From Clostridia bacterium (GTDB lineage Bacteria > Bacillota > Clostridia > TANB77 > CAG-465), in contig JAUNGP010000007.1 in assembly GCA_030524345.1 (NCBI GenBank), forward strand, positions 6,104 through 70,103: a stretch of DNA of 64,000 nt, given 5' to 3'. Each line of letters opens with the position of its first letter. The stretch's first letter is position 1. The translations under genes and the position numbers were made by a program. This document shows, one piece after another, positions 1-9,767 of the stretch. The notes below the pieces were generated by a model, which was given only the letters and a program-made list of their open reading frames with translations, searched no databases and had not been told where the DNA came from.

Positions 1-1
1 T

Positions 2-3000
2 ACTCCTGCTACAGATGTATATTATCAAAAGAATGTTTTCTTTAGTAATGCTACTCTAGGTGGAGATACAGCTTATTGTATTGACTATGGTAAGTCATTA
101 CCAAGTGGAACAATGTCATATTATAAACAGTTATCAGCACAAGGTGTATCAATTCTTGTATATGGTTATCCAAATACATCAGCTGCTGATATGGGATGCG
201 CATCAGATGATGAAGCATATATGGCAACACAGATGGCCTTTTGGACAGTTATGATGAAAACAGGAGAGTCAGAAGGACCACAAACATTTAATTTAGATAA
301 TATATATGCAAAACCAGGATATGAAGAGTTTATGCAAAGGGCAGCAGCAGCAGCAAAGAGATTAAATGCAAAAGCAGTGGCAAATCCATATGTACCAAAT
401 CCATCACTAACAGTTAATTCAAGTTCAGCAAAGTTAGTAAATAAAAATGGAGAGGTAATCACAGGACCATATGTAGTAAATGTAACAGGGGGAACAGTAT
501 CCTCAATAAAAGCATCATTATCAAATGCACCATCAAGTGCGAAGATAGTAGATGCAAATGGAAATACAAAAACAACATTTGCAAATGGTGAATCAGTATA
601 TGTTGCTATCAGTGAAAATGAAAATGGATCAACGATGACTTTAAATGTATCAGCAGATACAAATAAAGTAGTGGGAAGCATATATTCTGGTGGAGATTCA
701 TCACAAAACTTTGTAAAACTGGATACAGTACCAGTAGAGTTATCCGCATCAGTTAATATCAAATGGGGAACACAGACAGGAAGTATTGAACTTTATAAAG
801 TAGATCAAGATGATAAACCGATTTCAGGGGTGAAATTTGAATTAAGAGATTCAAATAATACAAAAGTAGCAGAAGGAACAACAGGAACAGATGGATATAT
901 TAAATTTTCTAATGTAAAAGTTGGAAATTATAAACTTGTTGAGATTTCTGCACCATCTGGATATATAATGACTACAGATCCAGTCGAATTTTCTGTAACT
1001 TCAGGTTCAACATATCAAGCAAAGTTTATAAATGAAAAAATAAAAGGAGCTTTTGAAATTACAAAGGTAGATGAGAATAATCATCCAATACCAAATGTAA
1101 CTTTTGAATTATTAAATTCAAATAAAGAAAAACTTGTAGAATTTACAACAAATTCTGAAGGTAAAGCAAAAATCAATAATCTTTCTAAAGGAACATATTA
1201 TTATAGAGAAATAGAAGCACCAATTAATGTTATCATGGACAGTACTTTAAGAGAATTTCGAATAGAATCAACCAATGAGTTAGTAACAAAAACAGTTACT
1301 AATAAGACAATTTCTGGTGGACTTAAAATTATCAAAATAGATGATACTGGAAGTCCAATTGAAGGTGTAAAATTTCAGATTTTAAACTCAAATAAGAGTG
1401 TTGTAAAAACGATAACAACCGATGCAAATGGTATAGCAACTTTAGAGAATTTAAGCATTGGAACATATTATTATAAAGAGATAAGCGGACCTACAGATAT
1501 TGTTATAGACTCAAATGAGTATGCATTTAATATTAATCATACAAGTGATGTAATTACGAAAGAAATTGTAAATAATGTTGCAAAAGCAAAAATTAAAATA
1601 ACAAAAAATAGTACTGAAAATACTCCTATATCAAATGTAAAATTTCAAATATTAGATTCAAATAAGAATGTAGTAGATACAATAACTACCGATACAAATG
1701 GAATTGCTACTTCTAAAGATTTAAAGCTTGGAACATATTATTATAAAGAGATAGAAGCACCAGCAAACGTAGTTATGGATACTGCAGAATATGAATTTAA
1801 ACTGACACAAGATAAGCAAGTTTTATCTAAAACTGTTATCAATGAAATAGTAAAAGAAAAACTAAAGATAGTTAAAGTAGATGAAAATGATGCTCCAATA
1901 GCAGGAGTAACATTTCAAATATTAGACTCAAATAAAAATGTAATAGAAGAAATAACAACAGGAACAGATGGTATCGCATTATCACAAGATCTAACAGTTG
2001 GAAAAACATATTATTATAAAGAAATTAGTGGGCCTTCAAATATGATTATAGATTCAGGTGAATATGCTTTTAGAGTAACTGAAAACAGTGGCATTATTAC
2101 AAAAAAAATTGTTAATAAATATAAAAAAGCACAACTTGAAATTATCAAAGTAGATGAAGAAAATCACAAAATAGCAGGTGTTAAATTCCAAATTTTAGAT
2201 TCCAATAAGAAGTTAATTGAAACTATTACAACAAATGAGGAAGGTAAAGCAACATCTAGTAAATTAAATTTGGGAACATATTATTATAAAGAAATAGAAG
2301 CACCGGAAAATTTAATTTTAGATGTAAATGAATATGAATTTAAATTAACAGAAAATAATCAAATTTTATCTAAAACAGTTGTAAATGAGATAGTGAAAGA
2401 AAAATTAAAAATTATCAAAGTAGATGAAAATGATAAGCCAATATCGGGTGTTAAATTTCAGATATTAGATTCTGAAAAAAATATCGTAGAAGAGATAATA
2501 ACAGGGATAGATGGTATTGCATTATCACAAGATCTAACAGTTGGAAAAACATATTATTATAAAGAAATTAGTGGGCCTTCAAATATGATTATAGATTCAG
2601 GTGAATATGCTTTTAGAGTAACTGAAAATAGCGGAATTATTACAAAAAAGATGGTTAATGAATATAAGAAAGCACAACTTGAAATCATAAAGGTAGACGG
2701 AGAGAACCAAAGGATAGCAGGTGTTAAATTCCAAATCTTAGATGCTGGAAAAAATTTAGTTGAAACTATCATTACAAATGAAGAAGGTAAAGCAATATCT
2801 AGTAAATTAAATTTGGGAACATATTATTATAAAGAAGTAGAAGCGCCAGGAAATTTAATGATTGATACAAATGAATATGAATTTAAGTTAACTGAGCATA
2901 ATCAAGTATTAACTAAAACTGTTGTAAATAATACGATAAATGGTAGATTACAAATAGTTAAAGTGAATGAAGAAAGACTTCCTATAAAAAATGCAGTATT

Positions 3001-6000
3001 TGAAATACTAGATGAGGAAAAAAATATAATAGATACTATCACAACAGATGAAAACGGTATTGCTACATCTAAAAATTTGACCATTGGAAAGTACTATTAC
3101 AGGGAAAAATCTGTAGATGATAGATACGTTTTAGATACAAAAGAGTATATATTTAAAATTGATGAAAGCAATGAGCTTGTAACTAAAAAGGTTATAAATG
3201 AATATGTAAAGGGTAGTTTAAAAATAATTAAAACTGACAATGTGAAAAAGCCACTGTCTGGAGTTGAATTTGAGATTTTAAATGAAAACAAAGAAGTGGT
3301 ACAAACACTTACAACTGGAAGTGATGGTGTTGCCATAAGTCAAGATCTATTAAAAGGTAAGTATTATTATAGAGAGACTAAGGCACCAGAAGATGTTGTA
3401 ATTGATACAAGCGAACACATATTTGTAATTAGCGAAAATGCTCAGATAATACAGAAAAATATCGTTAATGAATACTCAAAAAAAGGAAGTATTGAAATAT
3501 TAAAAGTAGATGAGCAGAACATACCACTATTAAATATTAAGTTTGAGATATTAGATAGTCAAAAAAATGTTATTGAGGCAATCATAACAAATGAAAATGG
3601 TATTGCAAAATCAAGTGATTTAGCACTTGGAACGTATTATTATAGAGAAGTAGAGACACCGCCAAATATTATTTTAGACAGTAATGAATATGAATTTAAA
3701 ATAACTGAGAATGGTCAGGTAATACAAAAAACAGTTGTAAATCAATATGAGAAGAGAAGTCTAAAAATCATTAAAGTAGATGAAAATGATATTCCACTTG
3801 AGGGAATAGAATTTCATATTTTGGATGAAAACAAGAATGTAATAGATACTATAGTAACTGATAAAAATGGTATTGCTACTTCAAAAGAACTCGTAGAAGG
3901 AAAATATTATTATCAAGAAACTAAAGTACCAGAAAACATTATTTTAGATGACAAGTTATATGAATTTACAGTAAGTAAAGATGATGAGATTGTTATCAAA
4001 AATATGATGAATTATTATAAAAAAGGAATCATTAAGATAACAAAATTAGATGAAGATGGAAATCTTATTGAAGGAGTTAAATTTAATATCCTAGATAGTA
4101 ACCAAAATATTGTGGAAACTATAATAACTGGAAGCGATGGAATTGCTACATCTCAAAAACTTTCTTTTGGAATGTATTATTATCAAGAGATTGAAGTACC
4201 TAAAGGGTTATTATTAGATAATACATTAAATGAGTTTGTAATATCAGAAAATGATCAAATACTACAAAAAACAGTTGTTAATCGCTATGAAAAAGGAAAC
4301 TTAAAAATTATCAAAGTAGATGAAAACAATATGCCTATATCAGGTGTAAAGTTTGAAATACTAGATAGTAATAAAAATCTGGTAAAAGAGATTGTAACTG
4401 GAAACGACGGAATTGCTAATATAAGTGATCTAAAGATAGGAACTTATTATTATAAAGAAGTAGGTGTTCCTGAACAATATATATTAGATAGTACAGAGTA
4501 CGAATTCAAAATATCTGAATATGCTCAGGAAATCACTAAAACAGTTGTAAACAAATTTTCAAATGGAACACTTAGAATTATCAAAGTAGATGAAAATAAT
4601 ACTCCACTTGAGGGTGTGAAGTTTAATATACTAGATAGTAATAAAAACTTAATTCAGAGTATTATTACAAATAGTCAGGGAATAGCGGAGTCAAGTGATT
4701 TAAAACTTGGAACATACTATTACCAAGAAGTAGAAGCCCCAGAACATATTATTGTTGATAATACTATTTATAAATTTGTTGTTTCAACAAATAACGAAGT
4801 AGTAATAAAAACAATGGTAAACAAATATGAAAAGGGTAGCCTAAAGATCATTAAAGTAGATGAGAATAATGTCCCATTATCAGGCGTTAAATTCCAAATA
4901 CTAGATAGTAATAAAAAACTAGTAGATACGGTAACTACAGGAACAGATGGAATTGCTATTGCAAAAGAATTGATGATTGGAACATATTATTATAAAGAAA
5001 TATCTGTACCAAAAGGATATTCTTTAGATAGTACAGAGTACGAGTTTAAAATATCTGAGTATGCTCAAGAAATAACAAAAACAGTTGTCAATAGATTTTC
5101 AACTGGAGTACTTAAGATTATTAAAGTAGATGAAAATGACATACCGCTTGAGGGTATCAAATTTAACATTTTAGATTCTGATAAGAATGTGATTCAAACA
5201 ATAGTGACAAATAGTGCAGGTATTGCTGAGTCAGATGAATTAAAAATAGGAACATATTATTATCAAGAAATAGAAGCCCCAGAACATATTATTATTGATA
5301 CCACAGTATATCAATTTAAAATAACAAAAGATAAAGAAATCGTTATTAAAAATTTGATCAATCAGTATGAGAAATCAACATTAAAGATAATCAAAGTAGA
5401 TGAAAATAATGTACCACTTGAAGGTATTAGATTTAATATATTGGATCATAGCAAACAAATTATTGATACAATTACTACTAATAAAGAGGGTATAGCAGAA
5501 TCAAATGATTTAACTTTAGGAACATATTATTATCAGGAAATATCTGTACCAAATGGTATTATATTAGATAATAATCTGTATGAGTTTGATGTTACTGAAT
5601 ATGGTCAAATTGTAATAAAGAATATGATAAATTATTTTTCAAGGGGAAAACTTGAAATCATCAAAGTAGATACTGAAGATAAAGTGATTTCTGGAGTTAA
5701 ATTCAAAATATTTGATTCAAATAAAACAGAAATAGAAGAAATCGTTACAAATGAGGAAGGAATTGCTAGGACATCTGAACTCTTAATTGGAAAATATTAT
5801 TATCAAGAAGTGGAAGCACCACTTGGATATGTTATTGATGATAAATTGTATCAGTTTAAGATAACAGATAATTTGCAAACAATTACAAAAAAATTAGTCA
5901 ATAAAGAAGTTTATGGAGCACTAAAGATAAATAAAATTGATAAAAATACAAAAGAAAAATTAAAAGGCGTTGAATTTAAGATCTTAAATTCAAACAGGGA

Positions 6001-6373
6001 AGAAATAGGAACTTATACAACAGATAAAGATGGTATCATATTAGTTGAGAACTTACCATATGGGGAATATTATTATAAAGAAATGAAAACACCGGAGAAC
6101 TATTTGGTAGATAATCAAGAATATAGATTTGATATTAAAAAAGATGATGTTGTAATTAATAAAACAATAACAAACCAAAGAGAAAAACTACCACAAACTG
6201 GTGGACTAATCAGTACGAATGTAATTATTGTTGCTATAGTAACAGCAATTACAATTATAGGGTATATTATATTTAATATGCTAAGAGATAAAAAGGAAGA
6301 AGGAAACTTTAAATTTAAAGATGACGATTTTGTAGATGGAGATAGCTATGATGATTTAAATAAAAAAGATTAG
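2..6373 (+). CDS. Giant cell-wall-anchored adhesin with its 5' end outside the window: thioester (TED/TQXA) head, Ig-like linker, 20 tandem CnaB/SpaA-like stalk domains, LPQTG sorting signal
   Basis: Frame 2 is open from the window edge; track ORF 113..6373 only begins at the first in-frame Met. TAYCIDYGKSLP (Cys codon 77-79) and EAYMATQMAFW (Gln codon 230-232) match the Cys plus TQxA-W pair of thioester adhesin domains. A ~90-aa unit (LKIIKVDEN..P..GVKF.ILD...GIA.S..L..GTYYY.E...P...D...YEF...K.VVN) occurs 20 times. LPQTG at 6188-6202 is followed by a hydrophobic helix and a charged tail. Confidence 0.85.
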   Translation, partial: TPATDVYYQKNVFFSNATLGGDTAYCIDYGKSLPSGTMSYYKQLSAQGVSILVYGYPNTSAADMGCASDDEAYMATQMAFWTVMMKTGESEGPQTFNLDNIYAKPGYEEFMQRAAAAAKRLNAKAVANPYVPNPSLTVNSSSAKLVNKNGEVITGPYVVNVTGGTVSSIKASLSNAPSSAKIVDANGNTKTTFANGESVYVAISENENGSTMTLNVSADTNKVVGSIYSGGDSSQNFVKLDTVPVELSASVNIKWGTQTGSIELYKVDQDDKPISGVKFELRDSNNTKVAEGTTGTDGYIKFSNVKVGNYKLVEISAPSGYIMTTDPVEFSVTSGSTYQAKFINEKIKGAFEITKVDENNHPIPNVTFELLNSNKEKLVEFTTNSEGKAKINNLSKGTYYYREIEAPINVIMDSTLREFRIESTNELVTKTVTNKTISGGLKIIKIDDTGSPIEGVKFQILNSNKSVVKTITTDANGIATLENLSIGTYYYKEISGPTDIVIDSNEYAFNINHTSDVITKEIVNNVAKAKIKITKNSTENTPISNVKFQILDSNKNVVDTITTDTNGIATSKDLKLGTYYYKEIEAPANVVMDTAEYEFKLTQDKQVLSKTVINEIVKEKLKIVKVDENDAPIAGVTFQILDSNKNVIEEITTGTDGIALSQDLTVGKTYYYKEISGPSNMIIDSGEYAFRVTENSGIITKKIVNKYKKAQLEIIKVDEENHKIAGVKFQILDSNKKLIETITTNEEGKATSSKLNLGTYYYKEIEAPENLILDVNEYEFKLTENNQILSKTVVNEIVKEKLKIIKVDENDKPISGVKFQILDSEKNIVEEIITGIDGIALSQDLTVGKTYYYKEISGPSNMIIDSGEYAFRVTENSGIITKKMVNEYKKAQLEIIKVDGENQRIAGVKFQILDAGKNLVETIITNEEGKAISSKLNLGTYYYKEVEAPGNLMIDTNEYEFKLTEHNQVLTKTVVNNTINGRLQIVKVNEERLPIKNAVFEILDEEKNIIDTITTDENGIATSKNLTIGKYYYREKSVDDRYVLDTKEYIFKIDESNELVTKKVINEYVKGSLKIIKTDNVKKPLSGVEFEILNENKEVVQTLTTGSDGVAISQDLLKGKYYYRETKAPEDVVIDTSEHIFVISENAQIIQKNIVNEYSKKGSIEILKVDEQNIPLLNIKFEILDSQKNVIEAIITNENGIAKSSDLALGTYYYREVETPPNIILDSNEYEFKITENGQVIQKTVVNQYEKRSLKIIKVDENDIPLEGIEFHILDENKNVIDTIVTDKNGIATSKELVEGKYYYQETKVPENIILDDKLYEFTVSKDDEIVIKNMMNYYKKGIIKITKLDEDGNLIEGVKFNILDSNQNIVETIITGSDGIATSQKLSFGMYYYQEIEVPKGLLLDNTLNEFVISENDQILQKTVVNRYEKGNLKIIKVDENNMPISGVKFEILDSNKNLVKEIVTGNDGIANISDLKIGTYYYKEVGVPEQYILDSTEYEFKISEYAQEITKTVVNKFSNGTLRIIKVDENNTPLEGVKFNILDSNKNLIQSIITNSQGIAESSDLKLGTYYYQEVEAPEHIIVDNTIYKFVVSTNNEVVIKTMVNKYEKGSLKIIKVDENNVPLSGVKFQILDSNKKLVDTVTTGTDGIAIAKELMIGTYYYKEISVPKGYSLDSTEYEFKISEYAQEITKTVVNRFSTGVLKIIKVDENDIPLEGIKFNILDSDKNVIQTIVTNSAGIAESDELKIGTYYYQEIEAPEHIIIDTTVYQFKITKDKEIVIKNLINQYEKSTLKIIKVDENNVPLEGIRFNILDHSKQIIDTITTNKEGIAESNDLTLGTYYYQEISVPNGIILDNNLYEFDVTEYGQIVIKNMINYFSRGKLEIIKVDTEDKVISGVKFKIFDSNKTEIEEIVTNEEGIARTSELLIGKYYYQEVEAPLGYVIDDKLYQFKITDNLQTITKKLVNKEVYGALKINKIDKNTKEKLKGVEFKILNSNREEIGTYTTDKDGIILVENLPYGEYYYKEMKTPENYLVDNQEYRFDIKKDDVVINKTITNQREKLPQTGGLISTNVIIVAIVTAITIIGYIIFNMLRDKKEEGNFKFKDDDFVDGDSYDDLNKKD
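775..6187 (+). repeat. Tandem coding repeat array, 20 units of ~270-273 nt (one Ig-like stalk domain each)
   Basis: The strand-A motif (l-K-I-I-K-V-D) recurs at about nt 791, 1060, 1325, 1590, 1863, 2135, 2405, 2678, 2950, 3220, 3493, 3763, 4033, 4303, 4573, 4843, 5113, 5383, 5653 and 5923. Confidence 0.9.
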
Positions 6374-6389
6374 TTATTAGTCCATAAAG

Positions 6390-6422
6390 GACTGGAATAA
6401 ATTAAATATTCCAGTCTTATTT
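6390..6422 (+). terminator. Rho-independent terminator of the adhesin gene
   Basis: gactggaata / tattccagtc forms a 10-bp stem with a 7-nt loop, followed by ttattt. Confidence 0.7.
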
Positions 6423-6461
6423 GACTTATATGATATAATTTCTACAAAAGGATAGAGAAAG

Positions 6462-7457
6462 ATGACAAAATTAATTGATTTAAAAAAAAGAGATAGTAAA
6501 CTTATAGAGGAGTGCGCAGAGGCTATCAAAGATGGAAAATTAGTTGTTTTACCAACAGAAACAGTGTATGGGATAGGAGCAAATGCTTTAGATGTGAAGG
6601 CTGTCAGAAGGATTTTTGAAATAAAGAAAAGAAATAAAAATAATCCACTTATTGTACTTGTAAGCGATTTTGATATGCTCGATAAGATTGCATATGGAAT
6701 CACCGATATCCATCAGAAATTAATAGATAAGTTTTGGCCAGGTCCTTTAACGATTATTTTTAACAGAAAAAATAGTTTACCAGATGATGTGACTGGAAAT
6801 TTAGATACAATTGGTGTTAGAATACCTGGTAATGAAATTGTATTAGATATTATTAGAAAAGCAAAGGTTCCGATTACTGCACCGAGTGCCAATTTTTCTG
6901 GAAAACTTAGTATTATTGATCCCAAATTAGCATATCAGGAATTTAATGGAAAAGTGGATTTTATAGTAGATGGTGGAATTTCTGATATTGGTGTTGAATC
7001 TACTATAGTGAAAGTAGATGGAAATGTTATTTATATATTAAGGCGTGGAAAAATATTACCAGAAGATATTGAAAAATTAGGATTTAGTGTTAGATTAAGT
7101 GATAATATTCCTAGTAAGGGAAATAAACATTATAGCATCGGAAAGAAAGCAATTCTTGTTACTGGTAGTAACAGTATAGATAAGATTACTAATTACATTG
7201 ATAATCATTCTTCCCAAAAAATAGGAGTCATTGGATTTGATGAGCATTATACACTTTTTACAGAAAAAGTAAATGTTTATATTAAGATGGGCTCTGTTTA
7301 TCATTATGATGCAATATTAAAGAATTTATTTAATACATTAAATGAAGCTAAAGAGGCGGACAATGATGTGTTTTTAATAGAATGCTTGGAAGAGCATGGG
7401 ATTGGTAAATTGGTGATGGATAAATTTAGAGCTATTTGCGATAATGAAATTATATAA
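6462..7457 (+). CDS. tsaC: L-threonylcarbamoyladenylate synthase (Sua5/YwlC/TsaC family, long form with C-terminal Sua5 domain)
   Basis: The N-terminal motif VVLPTETVYGIGANALD and ...APSANFSG... are typical of the YrdC/Sua5 fold. At 331 aa it fits the Sua5-type two-domain form. Confidence 0.85.
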   Translation: MTKLIDLKKRDSKLIEECAEAIKDGKLVVLPTETVYGIGANALDVKAVRRIFEIKKRNKNNPLIVLVSDFDMLDKIAYGITDIHQKLIDKFWPGPLTIIFNRKNSLPDDVTGNLDTIGVRIPGNEIVLDIIRKAKVPITAPSANFSGKLSIIDPKLAYQEFNGKVDFIVDGGISDIGVESTIVKVDGNVIYILRRGKILPEDIEKLGFSVRLSDNIPSKGNKHYSIGKKAILVTGSNSIDKITNYIDNHSSQKIGVIGFDEHYTLFTEKVNVYIKMGSVYHYDAILKNLFNTLNEAKEADNDVFLIECLEEHGIGKLVMDKFRAICDNEII

Positions 7458-7535
7458 TAAATTTACATAATTTACTTTACATTTTTTTCCTTTTGTGGCA
7501 TAATATATAGTGTTGATTAAATGGAGGGATAATAA

Positions 7536-8168
7536 ATGGTTTATATAATTACAGGAGGACCTGCTACTGGCAAAGGAACAAGATCTGATATATTATCTAA
7601 AGCCTTGAATATACCACATATTTCTACGGGAGATATTTTAAGAGAGGTCGCCTTAACAGATGAAGACATTAAAGAAAGACTTGCAAAAGGTGAACTCATA
7701 TCTGATGACATTATAACAAAATTGCTTGAGGAAAGGTTAAGCAAAGATGATTGTAAAAATGGTTTTGTACTTGATGGTTATCCAAGAACTATATCTCAAA
7801 TTTATCTTCTTAATGAAGTTCTTAAAAAATTAGGAAAAAAGGTCGACAGAGTTATTGAACTTGTTGTTCCGGATGAATTAGCCTTTAAGCGAATCCTAGA
7901 AAGAAAAAAATGTATACAATGTGGAAGAGCATATGGTATAGATTTTCCGCCTGTTGTTGAAGACATCTGTGATGATTGCGGTGGAAAATTAGAAATTAGA
8001 ACAGATGATACAAAAGAAACTTTGAAGAAAAGAATAGATACATATAAAAAGAATTCAAAAGAGATATTAGAGTATTATAGGAACAAAGGACTACTTAAGA
8101 CTGTTGATGCATCTTCTCATTCTGAAAGAATCGTAGAAGAAGCTACAATAGATGATTATAATTTATAG
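7536..8168 (+). CDS. adk: Adenylate kinase with a 4-Cys zinc lid
   Basis: P-loop GGPATGKGT, HISTGDILRE, GFVLDGYPRT, and lid CIQCG...CDDCGG. RBS is GGAGGG. Sits next to map/infA as in the spc/alpha cluster. Confidence 0.9.
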   Translation: MVYIITGGPATGKGTRSDILSKALNIPHISTGDILREVALTDEDIKERLAKGELISDDIITKLLEERLSKDDCKNGFVLDGYPRTISQIYLLNEVLKKLGKKVDRVIELVVPDELAFKRILERKKCIQCGRAYGIDFPPVVEDICDDCGGKLEIRTDDTKETLKKRIDTYKKNSKEILEYYRNKGLLKTVDASSHSERIVEEATIDDYNL

Positions 8169-8183
8169 AAAGTGTGAAAATAT

Positions 8184-8954
8184 ATGATAAATATAAAGAA
8201 TGAACATGAAATAAAACTTATGGAAGATGCAGCAGAAGCCTTGAAAGCCGCTTTAAGGGCAATCGAAGCTGAAATCAAACCTGGTGTTACAACAATGCAT
8301 TTAAACAATGTGGCAGAGGAGGCCATGAAAAAATATGGTGCACTTCCAGCGTTTAAAGGTGTTGAATGCCCTTATAGAGGTGGAAAACCATATAAATGGG
8401 CTATTTGCACTTCAGTAAATGATGAGATAATACATGGTATACCGTCTGAGGATGTTGTCTTAAAAGAAGGGGACATTGTATGTGTAGATCTTGGAACTTT
8501 TAAGAATGGCTGGTGCTCAGATGCAGGTAGAACTTATGGAGTTGGAAAAATCTCTCCTGTTTGTGAGAAATTAATAAAAGTTGCAAGAGATGCTTTTTTT
8601 GCTGGCGTTGATCAAGCTGTTGTAGGAAATAGAGTAGGAGATATTTCAAATGCTGTTCAAACCTATGTTGAAAAACAAGGATTCTCTCTACTTAGAGAAT
8701 ATCAAGGACATGGTATTGGAGAAGAAATGCACGAGGATCCAGGGGTACCTAATATTGGCAGAAAAGGAACGGGTCCAAGATTACAAAAAGGAATGGCACT
8801 TGCAATAGAACCAATGATTTGTGAAGGTAGGCCAGATGTATATGTAAAAAAAGATTATTGGACTGTTGCCACAAAAGATGGAAAAATGACTGCATACTAT
8901 GAAAATACGATTGTGATAACTGATAGGGAAGCCAAAATATTAACTTTAGATTAA
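8184..8954 (+). CDS. map: Type I methionine aminopeptidase
   Basis: Metal-ligand context is present: ICTSVNDEIIHGIP, VDLG, GHGIG..MHE, LAIEPM, YENT. Confidence 0.9.
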   Translation: MINIKNEHEIKLMEDAAEALKAALRAIEAEIKPGVTTMHLNNVAEEAMKKYGALPAFKGVECPYRGGKPYKWAICTSVNDEIIHGIPSEDVVLKEGDIVCVDLGTFKNGWCSDAGRTYGVGKISPVCEKLIKVARDAFFAGVDQAVVGNRVGDISNAVQTYVEKQGFSLLREYQGHGIGEEMHEDPGVPNIGRKGTGPRLQKGMALAIEPMICEGRPDVYVKKDYWTVATKDGKMTAYYENTIVITDREAKILTLD

Positions 8955-8991
8955 AAACAAATGCTTAAACTTTATGTTTAGGCACTTTTTA

Positions 8992-9020
8992 TTGACATAA
9001 GTCTTAAAAGTATGTATAAT
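8992..9020 (+). promoter_or_regulatory. SigA-type promoter (TTGACA-17-TATAAT) upstream of the MBL-fold gene
   Basis: TTGACA at 8992-8997, a 17-nt spacer, TATAAT at 9015-9020. It follows the map terminator hairpin (~8962-8990). Confidence 0.6.
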
Positions 9021-9070
9021 ATTGAAAAAATATATATGTTATTTAATTATAATAACGGATTGGAGGAAAA

Positions 9071-9766
9071 ATGTTAAAATTTTTAGGAATGGGATCATGT
9101 TTTAATCCAACTATTGGATATACCTCTGCTTTTTATCGTGATAAAGAAGCAAAGAGAATATATGTGTTTGATATAGGTGGAAATATATTTGAAAGAATGA
9201 TAGCAAATAATTTATTTAATGGTGTAGAAAAGGTAACAATTGTGATTACTCATGGGCATAGTGACCATGTGGGCAGTTTATCAGATACTATTTTTTATCT
9301 GAATATTGCTCTTAGAATTGTGCCAGACATTATCTATCCAAATAAAAGTTATATGAGAGGACGTCTTAGGGATGAAGCTGTACATGACGATGAATATCAT
9401 CTCTTAGCACCAAATGAATGTCAATATTTCAAAATAAAGGAATATAGGCAGGTGCATAATGATTTGATTGAAGCATATGGATACTTGTTTGAATTAGATG
9501 GGAAGAATATCTATTATAGCGGTGATACTCATAGAATTCAAAAAGAGCCACTAAAAATGCTTGTGGATGGAAGACTTGACTATATGTATCATGAAGTTAC
9601 TAAGTATCATAATTTAGCTCATACACATATTTGGAATTTAAAAGAGAGAATAAAACCTAGATTTAGGCATAAAGTAACCTGTATGCATTTTGATGATGAT
9701 GAAGTTATAGAAATGGCAAGAGAGGCAGGTTTTAATATTCCTAAACTATATAGTAAAGCCGACTGA
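9071..9766 (+). CDS. MBL-fold metallo-hydrolase
   Basis: Has the H-x-H-x-D-H motif (THGHSDHVG) and a later SGDTH. Good RBS (GGAGG). Confidence 0.7.
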   Translation: MLKFLGMGSCFNPTIGYTSAFYRDKEAKRIYVFDIGGNIFERMIANNLFNGVEKVTIVITHGHSDHVGSLSDTIFYLNIALRIVPDIIYPNKSYMRGRLRDEAVHDDEYHLLAPNECQYFKIKEYRQVHNDLIEAYGYLFELDGKNIYYSGDTHRIQKEPLKMLVDGRLDYMYHEVTKYHNLAHTHIWNLKERIKPRFRHKVTCMHFDDDEVIEMAREAGFNIPKLYSKAD

Positions 9767-9767
9767 A

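Noticed and set aside
2101-2108. A8 homopolymer inside the adhesin coding sequence as a possible slipped-strand phase-variation tract
   Set aside because: It is short for a contingency tract, the paralogous repeat has only A6, and such runs are common in this AT-rich genome.
166-3336. Several antisense ORFs (166-762, 2557-2772, 2902-3084, 3097-3336) opposite the adhesin gene
   Set aside because: They mirror the periodic repeat sequence of the sense gene and are Ser/Phe/Ile-rich with no RBS. The sense frame has clear domain logic.
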